Of a DNA stretch of 64,000 bases, positions 38,705 to 51,092 are shown one piece after another; the first letter of the stretch is position 1; each line of letters starts with the position of its first letter. The notes beneath the pieces were generated by a model. That model was not told the DNA's origin. It searched no databases and worked only from the letters and a program-made list of their open reading frames with translations. The position numbers and the translations under genes were made by a program. Origin of the DNA: Narcine bancroftii (Eukaryota); contig NC_091472.1 in the NCBI RefSeq assembly GCF_036971445.1, forward strand, positions 222,766,001 to 222,830,000, read 5' to 3'.

Positions 38705-40873
38705 AATGCAAAAGACAAAGAGAACCATCTTATTCAGATAGTTGAACAGCAGAAAACTACTGAAAATACAGTACAACAATTAAATCAATGGTTAGAAGAA
38801 AAAGAGGAAGTAATTAAAGAGCTGAGGGAAAAGCTGAACAATAAAGAGAGCACCACTATGCAGTTGCATCACTCACTGTCACTGTGGCATCAAGAAGTTA
38901 CTGAAATAAATAATGAATCTGCCAATAAACAGTCTTCAGAGGAAATTGGACAGCACGTGAACAGTGTTGAAGACATGGAAAAACAATTTGGTCAAAAAGA
39001 TACTCTGTGGTATGTGGAACAACTGAGGATCGATCTGGAGGCAATGCAGAGGCAGGAAATAGCCCAGATAAAGCAGGAACTCTGTGAACAAACAAAGCAA
39101 GAGGTTGATGAACTAAATACTAAACATAAAGCTGAGCTTGACTTTTTACAAAGGCAGATTCAAAGTTACACCGATGGTGATCAGATAAAAAATTTAAACA
39201 AATTGATAATTGACCTCAGTGAGAAGCTGCAAGAGTCTTGTTTTGAGAAAGAATGGCTCCAACAAAAGTTACAAGATGTGACGGTGTCCCCTCAGGAGAA
39301 ATCTGACGTTTGTGAGATAGATAGACGTTTGGTGCAAGATCTGGAAGAACAGGTTAAGATGTACAAATTAACGTTTGAAAGGGAACATTTGAATGCTTGC
39401 TTGGCTGAAGAAAAGGAGGTTATTAGGGAGCTGCAAATCCAACATGAACATGAAATCACAAATTACAGCATCAAGTTAGAAATGATGGAGAGGGAGAAGA
39501 ATGAGGTGCTGAGTCGGCTGACTGAATCTCAGGAAGCAGAACTTGAGCAGCTTAAAACCAAAATGCTGTTCAGTCATGAAGCCGAGTTGACAAAACTACG
39601 GGAAGATCTAGAAATGCAGTATAGTGTAAGGACTGAAGCACTTAGAAAGGAAATGGAAGATCTTGAAAGGAATTTGCATGATGAATCACACAGAAATGAA
39701 ATATCTGAAAAAATGGAAGCAATGGACCGAGATAATTTAATTTTGACCGAGAAATGTGAGGAATTAACAAAACAATTGCAGCAAAGAGGGTTAGAACTGG
39801 AGAAGATTCGTGTGGAAGCTAAAGTGTCGTTCAGTCAAACACAGGAAGCTGAACAGAAATGGGAAGCAGCATTAGAACAACTATCGAGTCTGCGTTTAGA
39901 ATTGGAAAAGGAAAACGCAGAGCGCTTGCGCTGTGAAGAACGATTGAAGGGCATGGTCCATGAGAGCAAAAGGAATGAGCTGACAATGCAGCCTCTGATG
40001 ACTGTAGAAGAGAAAGGAAGAAAAGAGATGGAAGGTGACTTGGAAACGGTGAAAGAGATGGTGAAAGATTTGAAGGAGGAGAATCATTTGTTGTTGGTCC
40101 AACTAAGAGAACAGGAGCAGCTTGTCAAAGAAGTCCAAAAACAAAAGCTAGCTGCAGATTCAGTTACCGGTGAAGTGCAAGCTCTGTTTGGTCGTCAGCT
40201 GGCTGCATTGCAGAACCAACGGGATCAGCTGCAAATTCAGGTTGATGCCCAAAAAGCGAAGGGTCAAACAATGGCAGAACTCCTGGGGCAGAAAAACAGG
40301 CAGGAGGAGACCTTGCGGAAAGAGCTGGAGGAAACAGAGACAAAATGGAGAGAAAATAAGGAAAGTGTAAAGCAACTGACTGATGAAAAAATGAAGCTTG
40401 AAACTAAGGTGTTGTCACATAAAAATGATTTCTTGAGGATTGAAGAAATGCTTGGTCAAATCAAAGCTGAAAATGATTGTTTGAAGAAAGACAAAGGAGA
40501 TTTGATGGCCAATGTTCAAGACCTAGAATGTAAAATGCATTCTGAGGTTCTTGCTGTGGGCACTGAGCTGAAAGGAAAGGTTGCTGAACTTCAAAAGTTA
40601 AAGACAGCCATGGCAAACCAAGAGGCTCTACATCTTCAGCAAACATCTGCATTGAAACTGGAGATCAGCGAACAGAGAAAAGCTCAACACGAGCTGGAAC
40701 AAAGCCACAGTGAGAAGGTGCAAGCTATCCTGCGGCAGCAGGAAGAGAAGCTAACTGGTGCTGTGGAAGAGGCTCGAAAGAAAGTGACTGAACAATATGA
40801 GGAAGAACTAAATAAAATGGAAGAGCTGTACCTGTCTGATATTATGAATTTAAAAACAGAACATCAGAGAGAG
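38705..40873 (+). CDS. PCNT: PCNT exon 6, giant coiled-coil exon (723 codons)
   Basis: Lies inside the 741-aa ORF 38678-40903; ttttcaag acceptor, GAG|gtattt donor. Contains HEHEITNYSIKLEMMEREKNEVLSRLTESQEAELEQLKTKMLFSHEAEL. Confidence 0.92.
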
Positions 40874-42604
40874 GTATTTCTGGTTAGCTTTCACTTGAAT
40901 TAACTTTCCAATTGCTTGGAGTTGCACTTGTGTGTTAAAATGGGATATCATTAAGTAGGATCATTACTGATCTTAATTCATCAAATACCATCTGGGCTAT
41001 AGCCCTTTTTTCAAGATTTGTTCTTGCTTTTCAGTAATGCTGCATGCTATTTTGATTTGACCTATAAACAGATATTTTATATCAATTTCAAAAAAGGGCA
41101 CATTTCCATTTGGAGTGAATCAAGTCTGCAGACACTTTCAAAATTTTCACGGTATGTGTTCATAACCGACAAGAATCCAGTTAAATCATCACATTTCAGC
41201 AGGCCTGCTGAGTGTATCTCAGTATGTCACAGCTTGAACTAAATGTTCTTAATTTGTATTTCAAGCCTAAAATTTTGGGGTTAGGACAGAGCAGCAAATG
41301 TTTCCCACAATGGTGTTGGGAACAACTGCTTGGAACCAATAGAGATGGGGCACAAAATGGGCCCTCTTGGTTTTCTGACTCCGTACCAAACTCCAACAGC
41401 CCATTTGTCAGGTGAGGAGGGGTAAGCAGGTCGGTTTAGCCTCTCTTGATCTTTGAGGAATGAAATGTACAGTTGTCTAGTGGAGCTTGACAGGGTATGT
41501 GCTGAGAACAAGGACCATTAAATAAAGGCCAGACATTCAGGTTTTGTTGAGAACTTTCTTCAAAAGAGAAGTGACTTTTGATTCCTGAGGAAGGGCTCAG
41601 GCCTGAAATTTTGATGGTTGCTGTGTGACCTGCTGAGTATCTCCAGCACTTTTGTGTGTCGCACTAGACCCCAACATCTGCAGATTTTCTTATTTAACTA
41701 GAGTGAATCTTTTGAATTTGCTGCTCTAGGACTGTGGAGGTTTGGTCACTGAGAACACTCTGGACCATGATTGATATCTATTTGTTTATTAAGGAAGTTG
41801 AAATGGGGTTTAGTGCAAGACAATAATAGATTGTGCTGAATTGCAGATCAGGCAAGAGGGGCTGAAAAGCCTACTTCTATTTTTTGTGCTCTGATAAGCC
41901 AGGGTTTGGGTTAGGACCTGGCGTGGCCTGCCGCTATTCTGCACCATGTTATGTTGCTTGAGCATGTCCAACCCAGTTGATACTGTTGATTTCTTTTGGT
42001 TTTGGCCACCAATCAAAGGATGTATTGAACAGCCACTAGGTCAACTGAGACTTATGATTTAGGATCTTATTGCAATCTATAATAATTGAAGACTCGAGAA
42101 CACAAATTGACATTCTACTTTAATCAAATATCCCTTGTTTGTTTTGGATTCTTCTCATTTCTTTCACCCAGGATTTTGTTATTGTCATTCCAAGATCGCA
42201 GACCCAAATGCAGAGAAATTTTAAGGTGAAAGTATATAGTTAACAATTTAATCTCAGGCTCTACATGCTTTCATGTTGCTGAATAATGGAAAGAATATTG
42301 TTATCCTTGAGATTATTCATAATGGACAATTAAAAGAATGAAGTACTTAACCAACTAACATTTTTTCCCCCACACATTAGGCATTGACGGCAGAAATCAG
42401 ACCTCTTCTGGGCTTTCTTTCCTGATGTTTATGGGGGTTAAATGCGACGTTGTTTCCTGGCTTCTCAGAGATGACCTTAATATTAAACCCCAAAGCTTGC
42501 TGTGCAGTGAATTGTCTTTACAGTATATTGGAAGTAAATGAAACATTTTGTCATTAGTGGTATATGTAAAATGCTCTTGTGCTTTCATTTAACTTTTTTT
42601 TCAG

Positions 42605-42700
42605 TTAGATGAGTTGAATGCAGAAATGAAAAAAAAAGTGCTTGACTTACAACAAAAGCAGGAAGATGAAAGGAGAAAACAGATCGGGTTAATTAAACAG
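42605..42700 (+). CDS. PCNT: PCNT exon 7 (LDELNAEMKKKVLDLQQKQEDERRKQIGLIKQ)
   Basis: Poly-T plus cag acceptor, CAG|gtaagt donor; 96 nt. Confidence 0.88.
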
Positions 42701-43296
42701 GTAAGTATATATGTGGACAATAATGCATCATGAGAGATGGTTGCTATGTTGAAATGTTTGCCTTGTTCTGAAGGGAGCATGTTTGTCATAGTGGAAGATA
42801 GGATTTTTTTTAACTTTGAGTTTTCTGACAATTTGATTCAATTCTCATAAGTTATAATGTGATTGTTATTTCCAAAAGTTGATCATAGCTTCAGGCATCT
42901 GATTGTTTGACTTAAATATTGAAGATTTGCATCACCTTGCCAGGGAATCTTTCTTATTATCTTGTATGTCTGTCATTAGGTATATTAATATCTATAGTAT
43001 TAGAAATTATTTGTCTCAGGAACTATTTTAAATGTTTAAGTAATGAGAGATGAATTTGTTTACAAAAGTTCTCTGGGAGCGTAGGCAAGATTTTTGAACA
43101 TAGGGAAGGATGGTATAAGTAGGGTCTGAAATGCTCTGGGAGTGGTAGAGGCAGATTTAATTTCAATGTTCAAATAGGAATTGGATTCGTTTTGGATAGG
43201 AGAGGATTTAGAAGGTTATGTAAGCCACCTGGATTGGTCTTGCATGCAGCCTTCATGGACTGTCAAGTGGTTTGCCTTCTTTTGTGCATTTACTAT

Positions 43297-43595
43297 CTTC
43301 TTCTTTGGCTTGGCTTCGCGGACGAAGATTTATGGAGGGGGTAAAAAGTCCACGTCAGCTGCAGGCTCGTTTGTGGCTGACAAGTCCGATGCGGGACAGG
43401 CAGACACGGTTGCAGCGGTTGCAGGGGAAAATTGGTTGGTTGGGGTTGGGTGTTGGGTTTTTCCTCCTTTGCCTTTTGTCAGTGAGGTGGGCTCTGCGGT
43501 CTTCTTCAAAGGAGGTTGCTGCCCGCCAAACTGTGAGGCGCCAAGATGCACGGTTTGAGGCGTTATCAGCCCACTGGCGGTGGTCAATGTGGCAG
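43297..43595 (-). mobile_element. 5'-truncated RTE LINE
   Basis: 11-bp TSD GCATTTACTAT at 43286-43296 and 43596-43606; (GAA) tail. Confidence 0.93.
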
Positions 43596-43665
43596 GCATT
43601 TACTATATTGCAATTAGAAAAGACAAGGAAAAGGAAAGGGGAATTTTGAGTTTGATGCTTTAGAG

Positions 43666-44467
43666 CAGGGGTGTCAAACAAATTCACCGAAGGCCAAAAT
43701 TAAAAACTTGGACTAAGTCGTGGGTCAAACTAAATATTTATTGAAAATTTTCAACAACATCTGCATGTTTTCTCTTCTTTCAACATATGTAATGTTAAAC
43801 TTTTTCTTATTAAAATAAATGTTGAATAATAGTTTTGGTTAAACTCTTTCCAGAAGAAGCATTAACAAATGAGAAATAAAATATTCAATAAATAATATTT
43901 CTCTATAGCCTTTAAGCTCCTTTTAAATGTATTTTTTTTCACAAGCCAACAAGTCAAAAAAATAACAACTTGCTTCAATGAAAACCCAATCTTTCAACTA
44001 TGAACAGTCCAAAGTTAACCAAAGAAAATATTAATCCAAGCTTAGCTTGCTACACTGTGATTTACTGTGATGCACCTGGGTCTAAAGCAGATACTTGGCA
44101 TCTCTTCTTAGATGCAAGTTCATCAAACTGTGGGGTCATAGTTTGCCTCCCACCTGTCTTGAAAGGTCCTGTTTTCTGTCTTTCGTTTGGCCATTTTTTG
44201 TAAGGGGTTTATTACATGTGAGTTAGGCGACAGGTCGCAGATGCTAATGAAAGTAAAGAGAGGAGGTGGGGGCGATTAGTGGGCTGATGGGGCGATGCCA
44301 ATGCATTTGCAAAGCATTCTGGGATTTGTAGTATTAGCTGTGCATGCGCTATACTGACGCGGCGGCCAGCAGGCCAGCTCTAATACATATTTGATATGAT
44401 CTTGCGGGCCAAATATAATTATATCACTGGCCAAGTTTGGCCCGCGGGCCTGAGTTTGACATGTGTG
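43666..44467 (-). mobile_element. Non-autonomous hAT-Charlie element (internal deletion derivative)
   Basis: TIRs CAGGGGTGTCAAAC/GTTTGACATGTGTG; 8-bp TSD CTTTAGAG at 43658-43665 and 44468-44475. Transposase ends MAKRKTENRTFQDRWEA and DELASKKRCQVS at ~44062-44194. Confidence 0.92.
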
Positions 44468-45359
44468 CTTTAGAGGAATATAAATTACTCAATTGCTCTT
44501 GCTGCTTTTTTTGTTTGTCTCTCGTGGGCCTTTAGAACTGAGGTTATACTTAGGGTTGCAATTCATGAAGCTCACAGTACAAGAGCCAAGGAGCATGATA
44601 TGAGCATACAGGTTACATCAGAAATAAGCCTGACTGGATAGTAACTTGAGCTCTCCATTCCCAGTTTACCACTATAATCTCCAGCCATACGCTTATCTAT
44701 CTGCTTCCATCTTAGAAATGTCCAGGCCCTTCATCTACTATCCTTGGTGGACAGGATCTCCACTTGCGGTTCTTTGAGAGGAAAAAAAGCACCCACACCT
44801 CTGTCTTAAAAGGGCAAGCTCACCAGTGACTTATACGACAGAACCTAATTCCCTACTTTCCAAAACAATTAATACTGTTCGCTTGACTAATGACCTGCAC
44901 AGCAGTTTTTTGAGAATCATGCATCTCTGTGAACCTCAGCTTTGTGATTTCTCTCCTTTTTCTGCCAAACTGAACAATTTTGCTTTGTATTCTTGTGTCC
45001 TTTTCACAATGATCTTCATTTATTATGGTAGTTATAAAAAAGCTAAATTATCTGAGTACATTACCTTATGGAAGAGGAAAATGTTTTTATAATGCGTGGG
45101 GCATGCTTTTGTCCCTGTGCATGTTTGCCTGTGCAAATATACGTGTGTCCTTTGAATATTCCCAAGAGCATATGAACTAATTATTTGTCACCTGGGCTTG
45201 TAATTCTAAATTCAAAGCAATGTTGACCCATGCTTCGTCTTGGGAAACATTGACCAGTGCTTCAGAAAATTATCTCTTCAACTGAATCTGTTTGAGTTTT
45301 GTGACTGTGAGCTGTTTTGAGGTGTCTTACTTATTAGGAATTATTGCCATTACTTGTAG

Positions 45360-45536
45360 GTCCATGAGCGAGAACATGATCGAGAGATGACTACACTAAT
45401 TAATAAGCACAAGGAAGAAGTAGAGCAGCAGCGGGCAAAGTTGACTCAAGAACAGCAGGCTTTATTTGATGACATTCGGTTTCGCATGGACATGGCACGT
45501 GAAGAAGAGCTGAGCCAAGCTCGGCTTCAGATGCAG
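45360..45536 (+). CDS. PCNT: PCNT exon 8 (VHEREHDREM...RLQMQ)
   Basis: ttgtag acceptor, CAG|gttagt donor; 177 nt. Confidence 0.88.
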
Positions 45537-47229
45537 GTTAGTTGTCATTGGTGAAAGACAGTAAAGGCACAATGGTGCACATAACATGGGTTGTGTGCAC
45601 TGGCTGGATTTGTTAACATTCAAAATTCCTTTCTTGTCATGTACAGAACATGTAATATTATACAGAATTGCCTTCTGCCTGCCATAAGGCAGACGGAGTC
45701 GCCATTAGTGTCCCCAGCGCCCCTTACAGTACGAGAGAAAGAGAGGCAAAGGAGAGTCCGTTCAGAGACACTGAATGTCTGTGGATTCACCTTCATCGCT
45801 CCTGCAGCCACACAGATTAATTGGCAAACCGAGCTCCAGATCCAAACCTCCTGACAAGATCAGTAAGCCTTCAATCCCAGAGGCCCTTTGGGAGCCCTTC
45901 TGGCCCTCAGCACCCTCTTGAATCCTGGTTCCCATGAGCCAATCTCCTGCAGCCCTTGCCGGGTCCCTCAGCCACTGAGCCTCTCACTCTTATGCTGCCG
46001 TGGTCACCTTCCCTGTAAGGTAATTTCCTCTGCTTCTCCTCAATGGTGGGGGATGCTTCTGATTCTTCCTGTTTCTGGTGCCCTGTGCTGGTCCGCTGCT
46101 CCCAGGAACCTGCAACACCTCATGGCTGCTGTCGAACACAGGCGTCACCATCTTGGGCACAGACCTCTGTGGTTGCAAGATTTTACTTACAAACACCGGC
46201 TCCTTTAACAGGCCTTTTAAAGCCTACATGGAGCCTCTGGCATTAGCACTGGGTGGTTGAACCTTTCAGAGCAGCACTGTGACTTTGCTTTCCTGTACAT
46301 TATTCCCTGAGAACGTAGCGACAGCTTCTTGAACTGCAGTAGTAATTGTGCACCTCAGAGTATTCAGCAGAATTCAAGGATTTTAAAACAACGTGAAATA
46401 AAGATGGCAACTTAATGTGTGCTCTGGAACATGAAGATGATTCTGCAGTTAAGCTTTTGTTCTTGGGTGATAGAGGTATCAGGGATGGTTGGCATCTAAA
46501 TTTGAGAAACTTTTTATTTGCACGTAATTTAATTTCACATTTAACTATGGCAGTTTTGTGCTTCAGGAGAGAAAATTGCTCACAGCAGGTTGATTGGAAA
46601 AACACAAAACTATGAAATCCAAAAGTAATTGGCTAACTGGATTAAAAAAATAATAATTTAATGGGAGAGGCAAAGAATAATGGTTGATGGGAGTTTGGGT
46701 GACTGAATGGATTGGGTTTGTTTATTTGTATTTATTAATGATGAAAGTGATGACTAGAACACTCTGCCTGGAAAAGTGGACGATAATGAATTTAGGAGAA
46801 CAAACAAAGCAAGTGAATTCATAATAATCAAAAAGTTGAGAAGAAGTGTTGAGGAATGTTGAAGCACGCATCCACAGTGCTCCAAAAGTAGCAGAACAGA
46901 TAAATGGTGGGTTAGGATTGCAAAGAGCATTCTTGACTTCTGTTGTCCAAAGCGTAGATGAGGGAAACGGGAGTTGAAGCTGGATCTGTGTAAAGCCCCT
47001 GGGTGTCCAGTTGTGATTCTCTCAGCAGAGGTGGGATGTGATGGAGATGGTGGAAGACTCAGGGTGGAAGAACTGTAATTACATGGAAATTGTCCTCAAG
47101 AAGAAGGTTTAATTGAGAAGCATAGTATATGGGAAGAACTATTCCTTTAGCAGAAAGATCAATAACACACAAAGATTTAAATGATTTGGAGGAACATTGA
47201 CAGGGTGTAAGTTGTATAGGTTCTTTAAT

Positions 47230-47733
47230 CTCAAGAGGTGCAGTTTGCAGTGCCACCGCTACAGTTGACAAATGCCTTTCCCCAGCCGGTACTTCAACTG
47301 ATGTTACTACAAGTGGTTCATTCATAACATTGCCGTCAGATGCTACTGCACATGTGCGAACCTGAGTAACTCTTTGTTCTAAAGGCTGTTTGGCGCCCTC
47401 TTTAGAGGGCTCTACCGATGTAACATTGATCTCTACATCCGAAAGCTGTACCTCTCTCCTGGGATCCATTTCAGGCTGAGTCCCGGTGTCTTTCCTATAG
47501 GTAGGCTCCAAAACTTGAACTTTTGGAAAATGTAGTTTTTTGATGATCTGTTGTCGTTTTTTTTTTTGCTCTTTTCCACCAATTGTACCATCATAAGTAA
47601 GTTAAATTAACAGCACTGAAGTTATCTAAACTTTTAAAGAATTTTAACGGGCATTTCTAGACAAAACAATAAGATAGAGTCAGGAGAGGACTGGAAGGCA
47701 CGTCTGATCCTTACGCCATCTTGCCACGCCCCC
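47230..47733 (-). mobile_element. Isolated L1-like 5' end (5' UTR plus ORF1 start)
   Basis: Begins GGGGGCGTGGCAAGATGGCG (YY1-type motif), then an A-rich UTR and an ORF; abuts decayed CR1 sequence at ~46640-47230. Confidence 0.55.
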
Positions 47734-48170
47734 AATGACAGGGTGTAAGGTTACAAAAAAGTTTGCCCAAAGTGGAAAAGTTTTTTTTGGGGGGGGACGG
47801 GACTGTGGAGGGCCTGGCTCAGTGTTGTTCAAGAAAACACATCGGGAAGGGTATTGGAGGCATAAATTGTCATCAGAAAGTGTGGACAAATATTTGAAGA
47901 ACTGAATCAAAATGTTTAAAGACTAAGAGCTGAGAAGAGCCGAGATTACTCTTCTGAATGGCACATTTCTATAAATTACCAAGATTTCTTAGACAGCATC
48001 TTCCAAAGCATCAATAATCAGCATATAAAGTAGAACTCTATTCCTGAAGAACTGCTCAGACTTTTAAGAATTGCCAAGGTGAACACTTGAATTAACAAGG
48101 CATAGAAGACTGTGACCAAAATTGGCTATTCATGCATTCCCTTACCTCCTTTACAGGTTCTTTAGTGTTA

Positions 48171-48559
48171 CAGTACAACTCCGATTATCCATAATGGTCG
48201 GGACCGGGCCTATTTCGGATAAAATTTTTTTGGAGAACTGGTCATTTTCTAAAAACAGCCCAGTAGCAACAGCAAATCACTTGTAACCAACAACAAACAA
48301 CAAGGGAAGGCTTTTTAAGCATTAAAATAATGTTTAATTCTCACCAAAAAAAAAATTCTGGCCACCACTGATTACTGACCCTTCCCCACTGAGGGCCCCT
48401 TTGTGCCAGGAGTCCAAGGTCCACTGCTGCCACTGCCGGGAGCCTGAAGTCCTGGTCAGTTTAGCTCAAAAAAGTTTTTGGATAAATAAGGATTTCTGAT
48501 TTGTTTTGGATAGCTGAGGATTTTGGAGAATTCAATTTTGGATAATCGGAGTTGTACTG
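48171..48559. mobile_element. Tigger/pogo MITE
   Basis: Perfect 20-bp TIR CAGTACAACTCCGATTATCC; TA on both sides. Confidence 0.92.
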
Positions 48560-48989
48560 TATTTGACAATTGTTTTATCTCTTTGTTTGCACCCTGCTCT
48601 GTCACTCAATACTCAATAGATGCTATTGTTCCAACTCATTCAAGATCTCAGACAGGCATTTCCTAATGAAATAACAATCCTTCTAATTTTCATATCACAG
48701 TTCCTGATCACAATGGGATCTCCTCTGTGTTGGAGTAAGCCAGACTTACATTGAGTTCCAGTTTCCCAATCCCACTTTGACGTGTCCTATAGCTCTAACA
48801 GCCTTCCATCAAAACTTGAAGAGTCTCAAACACTGCATGCTCTAAGTGACACGTTTGCAGGTTTCCAAACTCAAGACCGAGATCAACAATCTCAGTAATT
48901 GAACCCAGAACAGTATAGAACAGGAACAAGCTCTTTTCTCCCACATTGTCTGCAATCCTCCTCCTTCTAAGCACAGAAGAGGGGAGTTT

Positions 48990-50140
48990 CTCATCCTCAA
49001 CATAAACCCTATTACTCTTTCATCTTTCTGGCTACGGTATCTTGCTCTGATCTTAAACATTAAATCAGTGACCAGAGCTGTGAACAGTGCCATAGGTGTG
49101 GTCTCACTGACACCTTGTACAGTTATAACATGACAACCCAATTCCTGTCCTCAGTACCCTTACCGAAGAAGGAAATTGTGCCACATGCCTTCTTCACCAC
49201 CTGTGTTACCATTTTCAAGGAGCCACATACCGGTACCTCTCTGTTCCACCACACTCTCCAGAGCCCCACCATTTACTGTGCAAATCCTGGCCTGGTTTAA
49301 TGTACCAAAATGCAATATCTTGCTGTTGTCACTTCTATCATAGTCCTGATAAAGGGCTCAACCCCAAATGTTAACTGGCCGTTCCTACCCATGGATGCTA
49401 TTTGACCTTCTGATTTCCTCCAGCAATTTTGTATCAGTTTAAATTCTTCATGCTCACTGACCCCTATTCTCTCTGGTTATTTCTGCCAGTGGATGCTGTC
49501 TGACCTGCTGAGTTGCTCCAGCAATTCTTCGTCTGCTGTTAAGTTCATCTGCCTTACTCATGACACTCCTTGCAATGAAATAAGTCTGCTTCAGTCCGTC
49601 ATTCCCATCATGTTCATTTACCTGCCTGTCCTTTCTATATGTCTCCCTTTACCAAATTGCTCTCTTCCCCTCCACCCCTCCTCTTGCTGATCTACTGCTT
49701 GTTTAAATCCTAGGAGATAGCACTAGCAAACCTCCCTGCCAGGATATTGGTGCCATTCCAGTTTAGGTGCAACCTGCTCTGGAAGAGAACTCAGTGGTCC
49801 ATGTACCTGAATCCTTCCCTCCTGCACCAGCTGCGCATTTAACTGTATCACTTCTCTATTTCTTCTGTCACCATCACTGAGATTACAACCTTAGAGGTCC
49901 TGCTTTTCAACTTGCTGCTTAAGTTCCTAAATTCTTTTTGCCACATCACATCCTTCCTATTGTCTATCTCATTAATGCCAGCATGGATCAGGACTTTCAG
50001 AATGTCCTGCATCTGCCTTGAGAGATCCTTGACCCGGGCATTGAGGGGGCAGCATGGCATTCGGGAGTCTTTCCTGCTGCCACAGTATGTACCCCATATT
50101 AAAGAGTCTTCTATCACCATTGCTTGATGGGATTTTGTCC
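48990..50140 (-). mobile_element. CR1 fragments: RT 3' part and ORF1 SGNH esterase
   Basis: VIEDSLIWGT..DSRMPCCPLNARVKD..LIHAGINEI..KLKSRTSKVVIS is a degenerate CR1 ORF1 esterase. Confidence 0.75.
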
Positions 50141-50481
50141 TATGTTGCAGTATGATCTGGCTGTTGCTACGATCGTCCCCCGATTCTTGCTGTGTGGTTA
50201 TCTCAGGCCCAAATGTAACAAGTAACTGGCGTGGAGGTGACTGAATTTTGCTGCTTTCCAATCACAGAAAATTGTACTGCTGGATAATCTATCAAACATC
50301 CAGTGAACTTTAAAAAAAATCAGAATGGAGGCCAAGAGAATGGCAAAGGCAGGAAATGCCTTTGCGGGGGTGAAGTGGGGAAGTAAGAAAGTAAGCTTCT
50401 GAATATCCCTGCTTGTGATCTTGCTATCCTAGTTTTTCTCTGATCATGATTTCCATATTCTGAGAAGTCTTTTTCCAACAG

Positions 50482-50737
50482 ACGGAACACAGCCTGGAAC
50501 TGGAATCCCTTCGCCTCAGTCTAAACAACATGCACAGGGCACAGCTTGAACTTGTTCAGTCTAACTTGCAGCGTGAGAAGGAGGAGGCTCTCACTGAGCT
50601 GCAGGAGGTGCTGAATGGTAAACGTCGACAGGAGGTGGCAGTGGTGCAGAACAGGCAACAATTCGAATTGGAATGTATGAGGGAGCAAAACCAGCGGCAA
50701 ATGGATCAGTCTCTTCAGAAGCACCAACAGGAAATGG
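50482..50737 (+). CDS. PCNT: PCNT exon 9 (TEHSLELESLRLSLNNMHRAQLEL...QQEM)
   Basis: caacag acceptor, G|gtagag donor; phase 0-1; strongest PCNT-specific match. Confidence 0.92.
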
Positions 50738-51092
50738 GTAGAGTATTTTGTTGGTTGAAGGGGCATTAATTCTGTAGTTTGGGATTGAACTACATTTGTA
50801 CAGAGATTTCCATTCCTCATTTATGTCAGAGGAAAGATTGTTTTGAAGGGAAATTGTTGCTATGAAGTCAAATACCTTGTTCCTATGCTCCCTTAAAGCT
50901 CATGGGTTACTATTAGAAAAGATATATTGCTGTACAACTTTTTTTTTTAAGTAAGAATGTATGGGATATTAATAGGGATACCATCCAGTTGCCTAGAAAA
51001 TATGTCCCTCTGGCAGCATCACATTTGCAACTATACTGATTAATGGAATTTTATTGCAATTACTGTCACTTTTATGTGCTGTAAGGACCCTT

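Noticed and set aside
38678-40903. Stand-alone 741-aa intronless gene
   Set aside because: Its first and last residues are intronic (polypyrimidine tract and donor); it is an internal exon.
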